DNA of 64,000 nt from an uncultured Clostridia bacterium. Its GTDB lineage: Bacteria; Bacillota; Clostridia; Christensenellales; Borkfalkiaceae. This document shows positions 9,512-20,211 of this stretch, piece by piece; position 1 is the first letter of the stretch, and each line of letters opens with the position of its first letter. The notes beneath the pieces are model-generated. The model saw only the letters and a list, made by a program, of their open reading frames with translations. It was not told where the DNA came from and did not search any database. The stretch is from contig CAMWPZ010000001.1 of NCBI GenBank assembly GCA_947176305.1, positions 4,154-68,153 of the forward strand. The letters are read 5' to 3'. Both the position numbers and the translations under genes were made by a program.

Positions 9512-10396
9512 ATGAAAAATATCGCAATAGACGAAACGTTTTTACAGCGCATCGAAATGCTGCAAAGCGTTCTTAAAAACAACATAGCCGGCTTATTCGG
9601 CGGTAATCACAAAAGCAGAACGTACGGTTCGTCCTGCGAATTTGTCGATTACAGAAATTACGTGCCCGGCGACGATATTACGAAAATCGACTGGAACGCA
9701 TACGCGCGTTTCGAAACGCTGTATTTAAAGCTGTACCTCGACGAAAGGCAGCTTCACACTAAGATATATATCGACGTAAGCCAGTCGATGGACTTCGGCG
9801 ACGGTAAAAAAGCCGAGATGGCTTTGCAGATTGCCGCAACGCTTGCGTACCTTTCCGTAACCGAGCTTGACAGGGTTTCTATCTATACCATAAAAAACGG
9901 CGAGGTCACGGAAATCATTTCCTCGCTGTCGGGCAGGGAACGCTACTTTGCGGAAATAACCAAGCTCAACGATATAGAGTTTTCGGGCGACTGCCTTATA
10001 AGCGAGGGCATAATGCCCACGCAGGTCGGCTACGGCGACGGGCTTTCCGTAATAATTTCCGACTTCTTAACGGATGCGAATTACGAAAATGCAATCGACT
10101 ATCTTGCCGACAAAAAGCGCGACCTTCTGTGCGTGCAGGTTTTATCCTCGGAAGAGCTTAATCCAAAGGTGCGCGGCAAGAACATTTTTTACGACAGTGA
10201 AAATCCACAGAAAAGCTATCAGAAGAATATCAACAGGGATATCATTAAAGCTTACAGGGAAGCCGTGCAGTACGTGCAGGACAGAATACGCAACTACTGC
10301 AACGCACGCGGCGCGGAATACGTCCTCGTCAAGGACGATAAACCCGTGGACGAGATATTCTTCGAACAGCTCACGGCTATGGGGGTGATGAAATGA
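9512..10396 (+). CDS. DUF58 domain protein (MoxR partner)
   Basis: YRNYVPGDDITKIDWNAYARFETLYLKLY matches the conserved DUF58 R-x-Y-x-x-GD...IDW block. Located directly downstream of MoxR. Confidence 0.75.
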   Translation: MKNIAIDETFLQRIEMLQSVLKNNIAGLFGGNHKSRTYGSSCEFVDYRNYVPGDDITKIDWNAYARFETLYLKLYLDERQLHTKIYIDVSQSMDFGDGKKAEMALQIAATLAYLSVTELDRVSIYTIKNGEVTEIISSLSGRERYFAEITKLNDIEFSGDCLISEGIMPTQVGYGDGLSVIISDFLTDANYENAIDYLADKKRDLLCVQVLSSEELNPKVRGKNIFYDSENPQKSYQKNINRDIIKAYREAVQYVQDRIRNYCNARGAEYVLVKDDKPVDEIFFEQLTAMGVMK

Positions 10397-12273
10397 GTTT
10401 CTATTATCCCTTAGGACTTCTGGGGCTTTTAGGTATCCCCATTGTAATCTTAATCTATATAATCAAATCCAAGTACACCGAGCAGACGATTGCCTCCACC
10501 TATCTTTGGGAGCTTAGCGAAAAGTTTTTGAAAAAGCGCAAGCCCGTTTCAAAGCTTACGGGTATCCTCGCGCTTATCCTCGAAATACTTGCTATATTCG
10601 CGGCTTCTTTGTTAATTGCGCACCCCGTGTTCACCGTTAAAAATTCGGCAAACGATATTTACTTTATCCTTGACGGTTCGGCAAGTATGAATATGCAGAG
10701 CGGCGGCAAAACCCGTTTCGAAAGGGCGCAGGACGAAATTATCGACATAATCGACGATTCCCTCGGCGGAAGCACCTACACACTTTTCTTCGTGAGCGGC
10801 GGCGTAAGCGTTGCCTTCGAGGGCGTTTCCGACAAGGAACAGGCAAAGACCAACGTCAAGGCTTTAAACGCAAGCTGGACTGCGGACGACTGCGCGTCCG
10901 CGATAACCTACGCGCAGACTTATTTCGAATACAATCGTTCGGGGGTGTTCTACCTTCTGACGGATAAACAATATGAAACCGAAAACATCACGCCCGTAAA
11001 CGTTTCCAAGGGCGAAAACAATTACGCAATTTACGAGTACGGTTATAAGTATACGGACGCGGGCCTCTGCGGTACGGGCAAGGTAATTGCCTATAATCAG
11101 GACACAACCCTCACCGTGGAAATGCTCGCGCAGAACGGCGGCGAGGAAGTAAAGGTTGCCCAGACCTCTGTCGAGGTTAAAAAGGGCGAGCCTGCCGACT
11201 TCGAAGTTCAGGCGGGCGACGTCGAGTACACCTCTTTAAGACTTCGCATATCCAACGGCGACGCGCTCGGCGAGGATAATACCGTCGTACTGTACGACGA
11301 GGAAAAGTCGCAGGACAGAAAGGTTTTAATAGTCAACAATTTGCAGGACGTTTCCTATTTAAGAAACGCTATGCTCATTTCAGGTAAAGCTGAAGTCGAA
11401 GTCGTAAGCTTTAAAGCTTATACCGAAGGCGCGTATACGGGCTACGATTTATACGCGTTCAACGGCTGTACTCCCGCTACCCTTCCGACCAACGCGGCTA
11501 TATGGCTTATCAACGCGGTTGACGGTACGGGCAAAGGCTCGGGCATAACGTTCAGAGATATGCAGATACCGAGGGACGAAAGCGGCCCCAACAGTTACTA
11601 TACACCCCGTTATACCAAAGGCTCGTCTACGCAGGAAAAGCGGCTTATGAAAGGCATAATCGGCGTTGACGTCGCGGTCAGGGAATACGCAAGATACGGC
11701 GTTCCCCGCAGCTTCGTTTCGGTAATGAAGGTCGGCGGCGATTCGCTCATATCCGCAGGTCTTAACGAGAACAACGACAGAGAGGTAGTTTTTGCCTTCG
11801 AAATCGGCAAGTCCAACCTCGGCATGCTCGTTGACTTCAATATTTTAATAAGCAATTTAATGAACTACTCTATCCCCTCCGTCATCGACCAGACTATATA
11901 TTCGTGCGGCGACGTGATGGAAGTAAACGTAGTTCCCGGCTGTCAGAGCATAGTTGTTACTACCCCCTCTGGCAGAAGTACAACACTCGACACTCTCGGC
12001 AATGCGGTGTGCGAAGTCAACCTCACCGAAACGGGCACTTACACCCTTTCGGTCAAGGATAACCGCGGCGAAACGAAGTACTACGCGTACGCGTGCGTTC
12101 CCGAAGAAGAAAGCCGTTCGGAAGGCGGCGGCATATTCAAATTGACAGGCGAAAAGGAAAACGTCTACTCGGACGGCTTCTACGACAGCCTGCTCGCCTT
12201 CTTCATAATAATTTCATTACTGCTGCTTGCAGACTGGGGGGTATATTGCTATGAACAATATCAGCTTCGTTAA
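10393..12273 (+). CDS. BatA-like membrane protein with vWA domain
   Basis: The N-terminus MSFYYPLGLLGLLGIPIVILIYIIK is an aerotolerance-regulator (BatA_N)-type double TM. MIDAS motif ILDGSASMN. C-terminal TM. 4-nt overlap with the DUF58 gene. Confidence 0.7.
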   Translation: MSFYYPLGLLGLLGIPIVILIYIIKSKYTEQTIASTYLWELSEKFLKKRKPVSKLTGILALILEILAIFAASLLIAHPVFTVKNSANDIYFILDGSASMNMQSGGKTRFERAQDEIIDIIDDSLGGSTYTLFFVSGGVSVAFEGVSDKEQAKTNVKALNASWTADDCASAITYAQTYFEYNRSGVFYLLTDKQYETENITPVNVSKGENNYAIYEYGYKYTDAGLCGTGKVIAYNQDTTLTVEMLAQNGGEEVKVAQTSVEVKKGEPADFEVQAGDVEYTSLRLRISNGDALGEDNTVVLYDEEKSQDRKVLIVNNLQDVSYLRNAMLISGKAEVEVVSFKAYTEGAYTGYDLYAFNGCTPATLPTNAAIWLINAVDGTGKGSGITFRDMQIPRDESGPNSYYTPRYTKGSSTQEKRLMKGIIGVDVAVREYARYGVPRSFVSVMKVGGDSLISAGLNENNDREVVFAFEIGKSNLGMLVDFNILISNLMNYSIPSVIDQTIYSCGDVMEVNVVPGCQSIVVTTPSGRSTTLDTLGNAVCEVNLTETGTYTLSVKDNRGETKYYAYACVPEEESRSEGGGIFKLTGEKENVYSDGFYDSLLAFFIIISLLLLADWGVYCYEQYQLR

Positions 12274-14944
12274 CCCTTGGCTTCTGTTCCTTGCCTTGCC
12301 CCTGATAGCCGCGGTAGTAGTGCCGTTTGCAATAACGGTTAAAAAGGACACGCTCAATTTCCACAACGCAGCTTCGCTTGCACTCCATATAGTAATATGC
12401 GTGTGCATAACGCTTGCTATTGCGGGTATGTCGTTTGAAACGGTAGTCACCGAAACCAACGTATACGTGCTTGCGGATATTTCCTACTCGTCCGAACACA
12501 ACCTCGACGAGGTGCAGGAAAACATAGAAAAGATTTCAAAGAAATTGCCCAAGAACTCGAAGATGGGCGTCATATGCTTCGGCAGAAACTATCAGATGAT
12601 AGCCGACCTCGGCGAGAGCGTGCCCGACGTGCGCACTGCCGAAAACGTAGACAGAAGCGCAACGGACATAGCCGCCGCACTCCGCTATGCGGGCAACCTT
12701 TTCGACGACGGAGTTATAAAGCGCATAATCGTAATAACCGACGGTGCGGAAACCGTTGCCTCGAACAACATAATAAGAGTTGTCGGCGCGTTGCAGGATA
12801 GCGGCGTTTACGTTGACGCGGTGTTCATTGACGACAACATTGACGAAAGCGTGAGCGAGGTGCAGATTGACGGAGTAGAGGCTACGGCTTCGACCTACCT
12901 CGATAAGAGCGAGGAAGCAAGCGTTCTCGTCAGGGTAAACTGCGGCTCGGTCAACGGCGAAAAGCGCGAGCGTATCAACGGCTACGTCAGCTTATATAAG
13001 GACGGAGTGTTCGAGCTGAAACGCTCGGCAAGCTTCTACGACGGACTTAACGTCGTAACCCTTCCCCTGTCCACGGACAAGAAAGGAAGCTATAATTACG
13101 AGGTAAGGGTTGAAACGGCTGAAACCGACGATGATACCTCTCTTTATAACAACACCTGCCTGTTCTCGCAGAAGGTCACCGACGAGTGCAACGTGCTGTT
13201 TATCGGCGGCAGTGAAGCGGACGTTATGGCGGGCAGAAATTACTACGGCTACGACGGAGTTAAATATATCAGCAACCCTGCGGAGATACCCACGTCCGTC
13301 GAGGAGCTTTGCGTTTACGACGAGATAGTTATGAGCAACTTCGACGTGCGCACGATAAAGTCCTGCGGTATGTTCACTTCAAGCTTAACTTCCCTCGTTG
13401 ACGATTACGGCAAAACGCTTACTACCTTCGGCAACACCTTCGTGCAGGAGGACAGCGGCGAGGACAGCGCACAAAACGACGCGCTTCGCGCTTTGGCTGA
13501 TTTACTGCCCGTAAAGATAGGCAACAGCGATCAGGATACGAGGCTCGTCGCCATAGTAATGGATATATCGTTAAGTATGAATTTCGAGGGGCGCTTCAAC
13601 GTTGCAAAGCGCGCCGCGAACGAGCTTTTGACCGTTCTCAATCCCACGGATATGGTAATGGTTGTCGGCTTCTCGGGCGGAGTAACCGAACTGTTACCCC
13701 CCACCTATCTCACCTCGCCGGGCGTTATTAAGGACGTAATTGACAAGTGCGAGGCGGAAAACGGAACGAATTTAAGCGCGGCGCTTAAACACACGTACGA
13801 CCTTATGCCCACGCGCTACCATGACAAGCAGGTCATAATAATTTCCGACGGTTTGAATCCCGAGGGCGACAACGCCGACGCAAAGGAATGGGCTGAGCGC
13901 ATGTCGAAAGAAAACATAGCTGTTTCGGCAATAGGCATTTACCCCAAAGATGCAGGCAACACCCTTTTAACCCAGATGGTACACAACGCCTTTGAAACCC
14001 CGCGCGCGTTCTATCAGTATATCGAAAACGAGAGCGACGTCGACGTAGTTATTCAGGGCATAAGCGACGATATAAGCCAGACCATGATAACGGGCGAAAA
14101 GTACGACGTAACCGTGCGCCGCACGGGCGAGCAGGTCGCCGAAGGCGTTACGAATATAAGTGCGGTCGGGGGCTTTTGGTACAACTCCGCAAAGAGTACC
14201 GCGCAGACCGTGCTTACCGTAAAATATTACAGGGATAAGGGCGTGACCGCGTTTGACGTTCCCCTCTACGCTTACTGGAGCGGAGGCGGCAAAGGCAAGG
14301 TAGTTTCATTCCTTTCGGATATTTCTTCCGACTGGACTGCAAGCTGGGTATACGGCACGGGCGGCGACACGTTCCTTGCGAATATCCCCAAGGCAACTCT
14401 GCCGGCGGAACGCATAACCTCGCCGTTTATAGTCGAAGTCGAGGGCAGCGGCAACTCCACTACCGTCTATGTAAAAACTTCGGGTTCGCTTCGGAACAGC
14501 TCGGCGTTCTCGGTCACGGTTACCGACCCCGACGGTATGGTAACGACCAAACCGCTCACGTTCGATTCAAGCACGTACTTTGCAGTCTTTTCGACGGACG
14601 CACCCGGCAGATACAGCGTTCACGTGGACTACTCATATAACGGCGAAAGCTACGAAACGGATACCGACTTCTCGGTTTCCTACTATGCGGAATACGACAG
14701 CTTCACGAACTACAACAGGGCGTATCTATACAGGCTGTTGACCGAAAACGGAAAGATATTAGAGCTTGACGATATTAAGACGATTGAGAACACGGATTCT
14801 GCGTATACTTCTTATACGTTCAAGTTTACGCTTCCCTTAATGATAGTTGCCGCCGTTGCGTTCGTGGCGGATATTATAATAAGACAGTTAAAGTGGAAGG
14901 ACGTAACTTCTTTCTTCTCTAATCTCGGCAGGAGGCGCAGATGA
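12251..14944 (+). CDS. BatA-like membrane protein with two vWA domains
   Basis: The start is taken at ATG 12251 (MNNISFVNPWLLFLALPLIAA, a BatA_N-type N-terminus) rather than the track start at 12227. Two D-x-S-x-S MIDAS motifs (VLADISYSS, VMDISLSMN). C-terminal TM. Confidence 0.7.
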   Translation: MNNISFVNPWLLFLALPLIAAVVVPFAITVKKDTLNFHNAASLALHIVICVCITLAIAGMSFETVVTETNVYVLADISYSSEHNLDEVQENIEKISKKLPKNSKMGVICFGRNYQMIADLGESVPDVRTAENVDRSATDIAAALRYAGNLFDDGVIKRIIVITDGAETVASNNIIRVVGALQDSGVYVDAVFIDDNIDESVSEVQIDGVEATASTYLDKSEEASVLVRVNCGSVNGEKRERINGYVSLYKDGVFELKRSASFYDGLNVVTLPLSTDKKGSYNYEVRVETAETDDDTSLYNNTCLFSQKVTDECNVLFIGGSEADVMAGRNYYGYDGVKYISNPAEIPTSVEELCVYDEIVMSNFDVRTIKSCGMFTSSLTSLVDDYGKTLTTFGNTFVQEDSGEDSAQNDALRALADLLPVKIGNSDQDTRLVAIVMDISLSMNFEGRFNVAKRAANELLTVLNPTDMVMVVGFSGGVTELLPPTYLTSPGVIKDVIDKCEAENGTNLSAALKHTYDLMPTRYHDKQVIIISDGLNPEGDNADAKEWAERMSKENIAVSAIGIYPKDAGNTLLTQMVHNAFETPRAFYQYIENESDVDVVIQGISDDISQTMITGEKYDVTVRRTGEQVAEGVTNISAVGGFWYNSAKSTAQTVLTVKYYRDKGVTAFDVPLYAYWSGGGKGKVVSFLSDISSDWTASWVYGTGGDTFLANIPKATLPAERITSPFIVEVEGSGNSTTVYVKTSGSLRNSSAFSVTVTDPDGMVTTKPLTFDSSTYFAVFSTDAPGRYSVHVDYSYNGESYETDTDFSVSYYAEYDSFTNYNRAYLYRLLTENGKILELDDIKTIENTDSAYTSYTFKFTLPLMIVAAVAFVADIIIRQLKWKDVTSFFSNLGRRRR

Positions 14945-16398
14945 AAAAGAAATTTTTAACCTTGATAATTGCTTTTCTGTGCGCCCTTTTATGCCTGTCG
15001 GGTTGCGGCCTCGGAAGCTATATCGAGAACAACGGTAAAGACGGTCCTAACGTAACCGACCCGAACAAGAAACCCGACGATCCCCCCGATATAGGAACTC
15101 CGCCCGTGGATGATAAGCACTACGTGGTGACCGTATATCTCGGCACGCAGGTCTACAACCCCGGCGAACAGGAAATCACGGTAGTCTGGCGAAACGATTT
15201 CAGCGTGGAAAGAGTTTTACTCGGCGCGGACGGCAAGGCGGACGCGGGCGAGCTTGACGGAGATTACTATATCTATCTCGAAGGGCTTTCCGACAGATAC
15301 ACCTACGACCCGAGCGCGTATATCGCCACCACGGACGAGCGCAAGGTTTCGCTTCTTCTCACAACTATCCGTTCCCCCGAAAACGGCGACGGACGCGGAC
15401 TGTATTCAAACAACGGCTGTTATCAGGTCAAGTACGACGGCACTTACCGCACTAACGTTACGGGCAGCGACAAAGTACTGTATTACGAATACAAGCCCGA
15501 AGCCGCAGGCTACTACTCGGTAACCTCTTGGGTAAACGCCTTCGAAAACGAAATAAATCCGTATATACAGATTTACGGCGGCACGATAGGCAGCAAGTGG
15601 TTTGAACGTCAGCTTGACGGAGGCGGCTTTTCCGTCGACGGAGGCTACACCAAAAACTTCCGTTACGAGTACCGCGTCGACCGTACCGAGGTCGGACACT
15701 CGTTCACCTTCGCAGTGGGCGCGGAAAGTAAATCTGGCTACCCCGTCCACGTCGACTTTGCAATCGCCTACGAGGGCGAATACGTCAGCTCGAACAGCGA
15801 CGTAAGGGTTATCCGTGCAAAGGAAGCAAGGATAAAGGCAGCCGAAAAGAAAGCGGACGAAACGTTCACTTACGCCGACCTCGGCACCATGAACTTCGAC
15901 GCGTCGAACTTTAAGTATAACGAAAACACGGGCTTCTACCATTATTACAGTGAAACGCTTTACGGCAACGACCCCTTAAAATACGGCAAGAACTTCGGAC
16001 CTATACTGTGCTGTGCGCTCACTTCGCGTCTGCCTTCGTACACGATAACGACGCTGTACAACGCAAATGCGGCGGGACTCGGCGGCGGAAGCAACTATTT
16101 AAAGCTTTACAACGTCTGGATAGAGGAAGAACAGAAGTTCGCCGTGTTCGACTATACCGCGTTCATACGCGACGACTATTACAGGGTGTGCAACAGTCAG
16201 GGTATGTGTTACGTAACTAAGGAGCTTAAAGAGTTCTTACAGGTCTTTGCGGAAAGGCAGTCGCTTTGGACCGACGGAGTAGGCTTTAATAAAGATGAAG
16301 ATAATAAGTATCTCGGCACTCCGGAAGTTCTCGGCTATACCGCAAATCAGGACGCGCTGTGGCTGTTCGCGTGCGGCGTATACCTTAAAAATACCTAA
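14941..16398 (+). CDS. Lipoprotein, unknown function
   Basis: MKKKFLTLIIAFLCALLCLSGC signal peptide with lipobox. ATGA overlap with the upstream vWA gene. Confidence 0.6.
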   Translation: MKKKFLTLIIAFLCALLCLSGCGLGSYIENNGKDGPNVTDPNKKPDDPPDIGTPPVDDKHYVVTVYLGTQVYNPGEQEITVVWRNDFSVERVLLGADGKADAGELDGDYYIYLEGLSDRYTYDPSAYIATTDERKVSLLLTTIRSPENGDGRGLYSNNGCYQVKYDGTYRTNVTGSDKVLYYEYKPEAAGYYSVTSWVNAFENEINPYIQIYGGTIGSKWFERQLDGGGFSVDGGYTKNFRYEYRVDRTEVGHSFTFAVGAESKSGYPVHVDFAIAYEGEYVSSNSDVRVIRAKEARIKAAEKKADETFTYADLGTMNFDASNFKYNENTGFYHYYSETLYGNDPLKYGKNFGPILCCALTSRLPSYTITTLYNANAAGLGGGSNYLKLYNVWIEEEQKFAVFDYTAFIRDDYYRVCNSQGMCYVTKELKEFLQVFAERQSLWTDGVGFNKDEDNKYLGTPEVLGYTANQDALWLFACGVYLKNT

Positions 16399-16418
16399 TA
16401 AAAAAACGAGGTGAATAA

Positions 16419-18764
16419 ATGAAAAAGAGCATAAGGAATTTTCTCGTAATTATCCTTGCCGCGGCGGCGGTCATATGCGCCGCGGCCGGACTTACGGCGT
16501 GCAAGAACGGCGACGAGCTTAAACGCCTTTCTATCGAAGGCGCAAAAATCGACTTCATGATAGGCGACGAGTTCACGCTCGGCGACGGCTGCAAAATATA
16601 CGCAGTCTACGGCGACGGAAGCAAAAAGGACGTCACCGCCGAAGCCGAAATCAGAAAGGAAAACGGCTTCGATATGAACACGCCCAACGATTACCAGATA
16701 ACGGTAAGCTACGGCGGCAAGAGGGAAATTTATACTATCTACGTAAACGATTTCACAAGCGTTTTGCGCAAGATAGAGCTTAATACCGAAACCGTTAAAA
16801 AGCAGTACGCGCTTGGCGAGGAAATTTCCTACGACGGTTTAAGTCTTACCCTCACCTACGAAAACGCGCAGGGCAGGACTGTAATTTCCAAAACGGCCAG
16901 CCTTAAAAACTTCGACGTCGAAGTCAAGGCAGAAAACGGCACGGTTATTGACGAGGTGTTCACCACTCTCGGCGACTACACCGTAACGGTTTCTCAGGGC
17001 AACGTAAAAGCAAGCTATACCGTAAACGTCAACGGCATAAATATTTCAACCGTTCAGAGCGCAATATACGTCGGCAAGATTTTTAAGACTGAAGTCGCTT
17101 CGGGTACTCAGCACGTCGAAGCCGCACTGCACGGCGGCGAGGAGTACTTTGACGAGTACAACTACGATTACAAGTTCGGCAACAACTACACCTACCTGAA
17201 GAACACCGCGCATGACACCTATTACGAGCCTTCCGAAGAAGACCCCGACACTCTTGTGCCCGTCGAAACGACGATAATTACCGAATCGCATTACAGCATG
17301 GACGGAGAGGAAATTTTCTGCGCAAGGTTTGAAAACGGAACTTTCACCAAAAACCCCTCTCTGCAAAACGCAATGATGAACGGCGCGCCTAACGAGCTGT
17401 GGTATTTAGCCGTAACCGAATACGGCGTCGAGGAAACGTTGGCGGCGCTGTATAAGGCAGGTAAGGAGGCAACCAACAAGGACCTCGAAGAAACCGCTAA
17501 CGAGGCGGCGAGGACCTATTCCTTTAAGTTCTCGGGACTTGTAAACCACGGCTCCGTTGCCGACTATTACGAAACGACAGTGACCTTCACCTTAGGGGAC
17601 AAGTACGAAGTTAAAACAGTTAACTACACCCAGAACTATTGGGAAAACAATACGCTCGCTCCCGACGGTGCAACTAACCCCAGCTTCGTTACCGATGCAA
17701 GCGGCCACACCGAAGCTAAAAAAGCCTTCTCGAAAAGCACGCGCGTTACGGTCGCGCAAGTTACGGGCGCAAGGACGGAAACCAGTCCTTACTCAAAGGA
17801 TATGTACGCCTTCCAGTCCTTCAAGCTGACTTATAACGGCGAAGATTTGGGCGACAACGGCACGATAAACTGCTCGATGGCAAACCCCAAATTAACCATT
17901 AATATTACGGACATAGCGCCTGCAACGGCGGACTTCAATTACGACGCAATGATGTTCAGCTTCGAGGGCAACCGCTTCGGCTACCAGAACAGTAACGGCG
18001 CGCCCATGGGTCCCAACAACGGCTTTATGGCTTACCGCACGGGCAACACCATAAGCGTAACGCTTTTAAACGGCGGCAAGTGGGTACTTTTGATAAAGAC
18101 TGCGAATATTGAAAAATCGATTACTTTTGACGTAACGGGCAATGCGCCCTTAACTATGGACGCTTACGTCCGCAACGACGCGTCGGGCAACTTCTACGCA
18201 GGCAGCACTAAGATTATATCCCTCGTCGGCTCGGTATACTTCTACGGCGACGTAAGCTTCGGCGCGGACAGCAGTCAGACTGCAACGGTAACCTCTGCAA
18301 ACGCAGCTTCGGCAACTATCGAGCAAATTGCTTTGGACGATATAACCTGCTTTAAATTCACCGCAACAGCGGCGGGCGAATACACCGTAAAAGTAACCTC
18401 TACCTCTAACCCTTCGGTATCTTGCGAGTTTACCTTCACCGTAAGCGAAGCACCCGATTTCGGGCAATTACTTAACGGCGAATATACCGTAACGGACGTC
18501 GTCGGCAACGTTTACGACGTAACGTTCACCCCGACAAGCTCGGTTGAGCCTTTCGCAGGAACGGTAACCGTAACCCAGACGCCGGTAAGCGGCGAAGCCA
18601 AGAGCCAGACCTTCGAATACAGCGTAGTTACCGCAAGTATGGAAATCGCGCTCGTAGAAGTTTCGGGCACCAAGCTCGGCGTTGATTTAAGCGTAAACGC
18701 AACGGGCCAGCTCGTCTTAAACGACGCAAACGCAAACGACTACGTTTTACAGCCCAAAGCTTAA
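16419..18764 (+). CDS. Large lipoprotein with N-terminal bacterial Ig-like repeats
   Basis: MKKSIRNFLVIILAAAAVICAAAGLTAC lipoprotein signal. Two similar modules of about 90 aa (LSIEGAKIDFMIGDEF...GDGSKKDVT; IELNTETVKKQYALGEEISYDGLSLTLTYEN) of the Ig-like type. Confidence 0.6.
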   Translation: MKKSIRNFLVIILAAAAVICAAAGLTACKNGDELKRLSIEGAKIDFMIGDEFTLGDGCKIYAVYGDGSKKDVTAEAEIRKENGFDMNTPNDYQITVSYGGKREIYTIYVNDFTSVLRKIELNTETVKKQYALGEEISYDGLSLTLTYENAQGRTVISKTASLKNFDVEVKAENGTVIDEVFTTLGDYTVTVSQGNVKASYTVNVNGINISTVQSAIYVGKIFKTEVASGTQHVEAALHGGEEYFDEYNYDYKFGNNYTYLKNTAHDTYYEPSEEDPDTLVPVETTIITESHYSMDGEEIFCARFENGTFTKNPSLQNAMMNGAPNELWYLAVTEYGVEETLAALYKAGKEATNKDLEETANEAARTYSFKFSGLVNHGSVADYYETTVTFTLGDKYEVKTVNYTQNYWENNTLAPDGATNPSFVTDASGHTEAKKAFSKSTRVTVAQVTGARTETSPYSKDMYAFQSFKLTYNGEDLGDNGTINCSMANPKLTINITDIAPATADFNYDAMMFSFEGNRFGYQNSNGAPMGPNNGFMAYRTGNTISVTLLNGGKWVLLIKTANIEKSITFDVTGNAPLTMDAYVRNDASGNFYAGSTKIISLVGSVYFYGDVSFGADSSQTATVTSANAASATIEQIALDDITCFKFTATAAGEYTVKVTSTSNPSVSCEFTFTVSEAPDFGQLLNGEYTVTDVVGNVYDVTFTPTSSVEPFAGTVTVTQTPVSGEAKSQTFEYSVVTASMEIALVEVSGTKLGVDLSVNATGQLVLNDANANDYVLQPKA

Positions 18765-18783
18765 CGGCATATAATGATACAAT

Positions 18784-18822
18784 AAAAAACCCCCGACGGT
18801 TTTCACCGTCGGGGGTTTTTTT
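18784..18822. terminator. Bidirectional intrinsic terminator
   Basis: A6 run, then CCCCCGACGG / CCGTCGGGGG stem (18790-18815), then T7 run. It lies between convergent genes ending at 18764 (+) and 18833 (-). Confidence 0.85.
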
Positions 18823-18832
18823 ATTATTAGTA

Positions 18833-19594
18833 TTACAACCATACAGCCCAATCGCCGTAAGAAAACGTACCTGCGCCGTGGTGAAGCTTGCCCTGTGCTT
18901 TTAAATCGCGGAAAGCGTTTCTCATCCGTACTGCAATTTCGGGTTGTACGTCCAGAGAGTGATGCGCGGGGAATAATCTTTTTGCAGGCAATGCGGCAAC
19001 CGTTTCAAGCGACTGCAAATACGCTTCGGGGTCGGTAGACGGATAGTACGCAAACAGCGTGTCCTTATAAATCAAGTCACCTGTAAAGACGTAGCCCCTC
19101 GCCGCTTCCCAAAAGCACATATGCCCCGGCGAATGCCCGGGAGTGTGCAAAACTTCAACATATCTGCCGCCTAAATCCAAAATCTCTCCGCCAAGCAAAA
19201 CTCTCGTCGGTATTCCCTGAAACATTTTATATGTGCTTACGTCGTACCCATCGGGCAAATCGCAACGTTCAACCACCATATCCCGAATAGTTTGCGGCGA
19301 AAGCGGAAATTCACCGTTCAACCAAGTCAGTTCTGCTTTATGGGCATAGAAATCGGGGAAGTACTTATGCCCGCCGATATGGTCCCAGTGAATATGCGTT
19401 GCAATGGCAATTACGGGCTTGTCAGTCAACTTGCGGACTTGTTCGTAAATATTGCAAATACCAAGCCCCGTGTCAATTAAAAGGCAACGCTTACTACCGA
19501 TTAAAAGATAGCAATGTGTTTCCTCCCAATGGCGGTATTCGCTTATGATATATGTCGTTTCGTCAATTTTATCAATCGTAAACCAAGGCTTCAT
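18833..19594 (-). CDS. MBL-fold metallo-hydrolase
   Basis: H-x-H-x-D-H motif in ATHIHWDHIGGH, plus downstream HTPGHSPGH. Confidence 0.8.
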   Translation of the reverse strand: MKPWFTIDKIDETTYIISEYRHWEETHCYLLIGSKRCLLIDTGLGICNIYEQVRKLTDKPVIAIATHIHWDHIGGHKYFPDFYAHKAELTWLNGEFPLSPQTIRDMVVERCDLPDGYDVSTYKMFQGIPTRVLLGGEILDLGGRYVEVLHTPGHSPGHMCFWEAARGYVFTGDLIYKDTLFAYYPSTDPEAYLQSLETVAALPAKRLFPAHHSLDVQPEIAVRMRNAFRDLKAQGKLHHGAGTFSYGDWAVWL

Positions 19595-19596
19595 AA

Positions 19597-19932
19597 TTAT
19601 TTCTTTTTAAGGTTGCTCAACGCTTCGGAATTGTTGGCTATAATCATACCGACGGTATGGCAGTTTTCAACGTCCGAACAGTTCCCGCAGGTTTCATAAG
19701 CTTTGCCGAGCGCGCATTGTCTTATAGGGCACATACTGTCGCAAAAGGGTGACTTTACACCGTCCGCGCGGCAACCCTCGCAGTTTATCATTTCGGCGGT
19801 AATTTCAACGCCGTTCATTTCACTCCAAAGCTTTGCAACCTTTTCGCGCAAAGCATTATCGTTGTTAAGCGTAGCCGCCCGCGCGTCGCATTTTTCGCAA
19901 TCAAGCCCGCAATATGCAATAAGTTTTTTCAT
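19597..19932 (-). CDS. DUF3795-type Cys-rich protein
   Basis: The N-terminus MKKLIAYCGLDCEKCDA and further CEGC...C...C...C..C spacing are typical of DUF3795. Confidence 0.6.
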   Translation of the reverse strand: MKKLIAYCGLDCEKCDARAATLNNDNALREKVAKLWSEMNGVEITAEMINCEGCRADGVKSPFCDSMCPIRQCALGKAYETCGNCSDVENCHTVGMIIANNSEALSNLKKK

Positions 19933-19943
19933 TTGTAATACCT

Positions 19944-20198
19944 CTATTTCAAACTTTCGCTGAACGCTTTTAATTCCGCCTTGGTTTCTTCGGAAAGGCA
20001 GTTGAATTCCAAGCCTTGAATTGCACCTTCAAGCGTATACAGATGCACTAAGCACACCTGCGGGTATTTTGTCTTTAACCTAAAAAACGCTTCCTTCGCG
20101 CCAAGCTCAAAAAGCTTTTCCGCGCAGTCTATTCCAACGCTTTTAAGCTTACTTTCCATTTCTTTGCCGATATTCGTCAATGCCGTCAGCTTCGTCAT
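19944..20198 (-). CDS. TfoX C-terminal domain-like protein
   Basis: 84 aa. LTALTNIGKEMESKLKSVGI...LYTLEGAIQG resembles the helix-hairpin-helix TfoX_C domain. Confidence 0.55.
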   Translation of the reverse strand: MTKLTALTNIGKEMESKLKSVGIDCAEKLFELGAKEAFFRLKTKYPQVCLVHLYTLEGAIQGLEFNCLSEETKAELKAFSESLK

Positions 20199-20211
20199 AT
20201 TCTGCCCCTTT

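Noticed and set aside
15406-15942. 178-aa minus-strand ORF inside the lipoprotein gene
   Set aside because: It is an Arg/Val-rich shadow ORF typical of the antisense strand of GC-rich coding sequence. The + strand lipoprotein frame is coupled to its neighbours.
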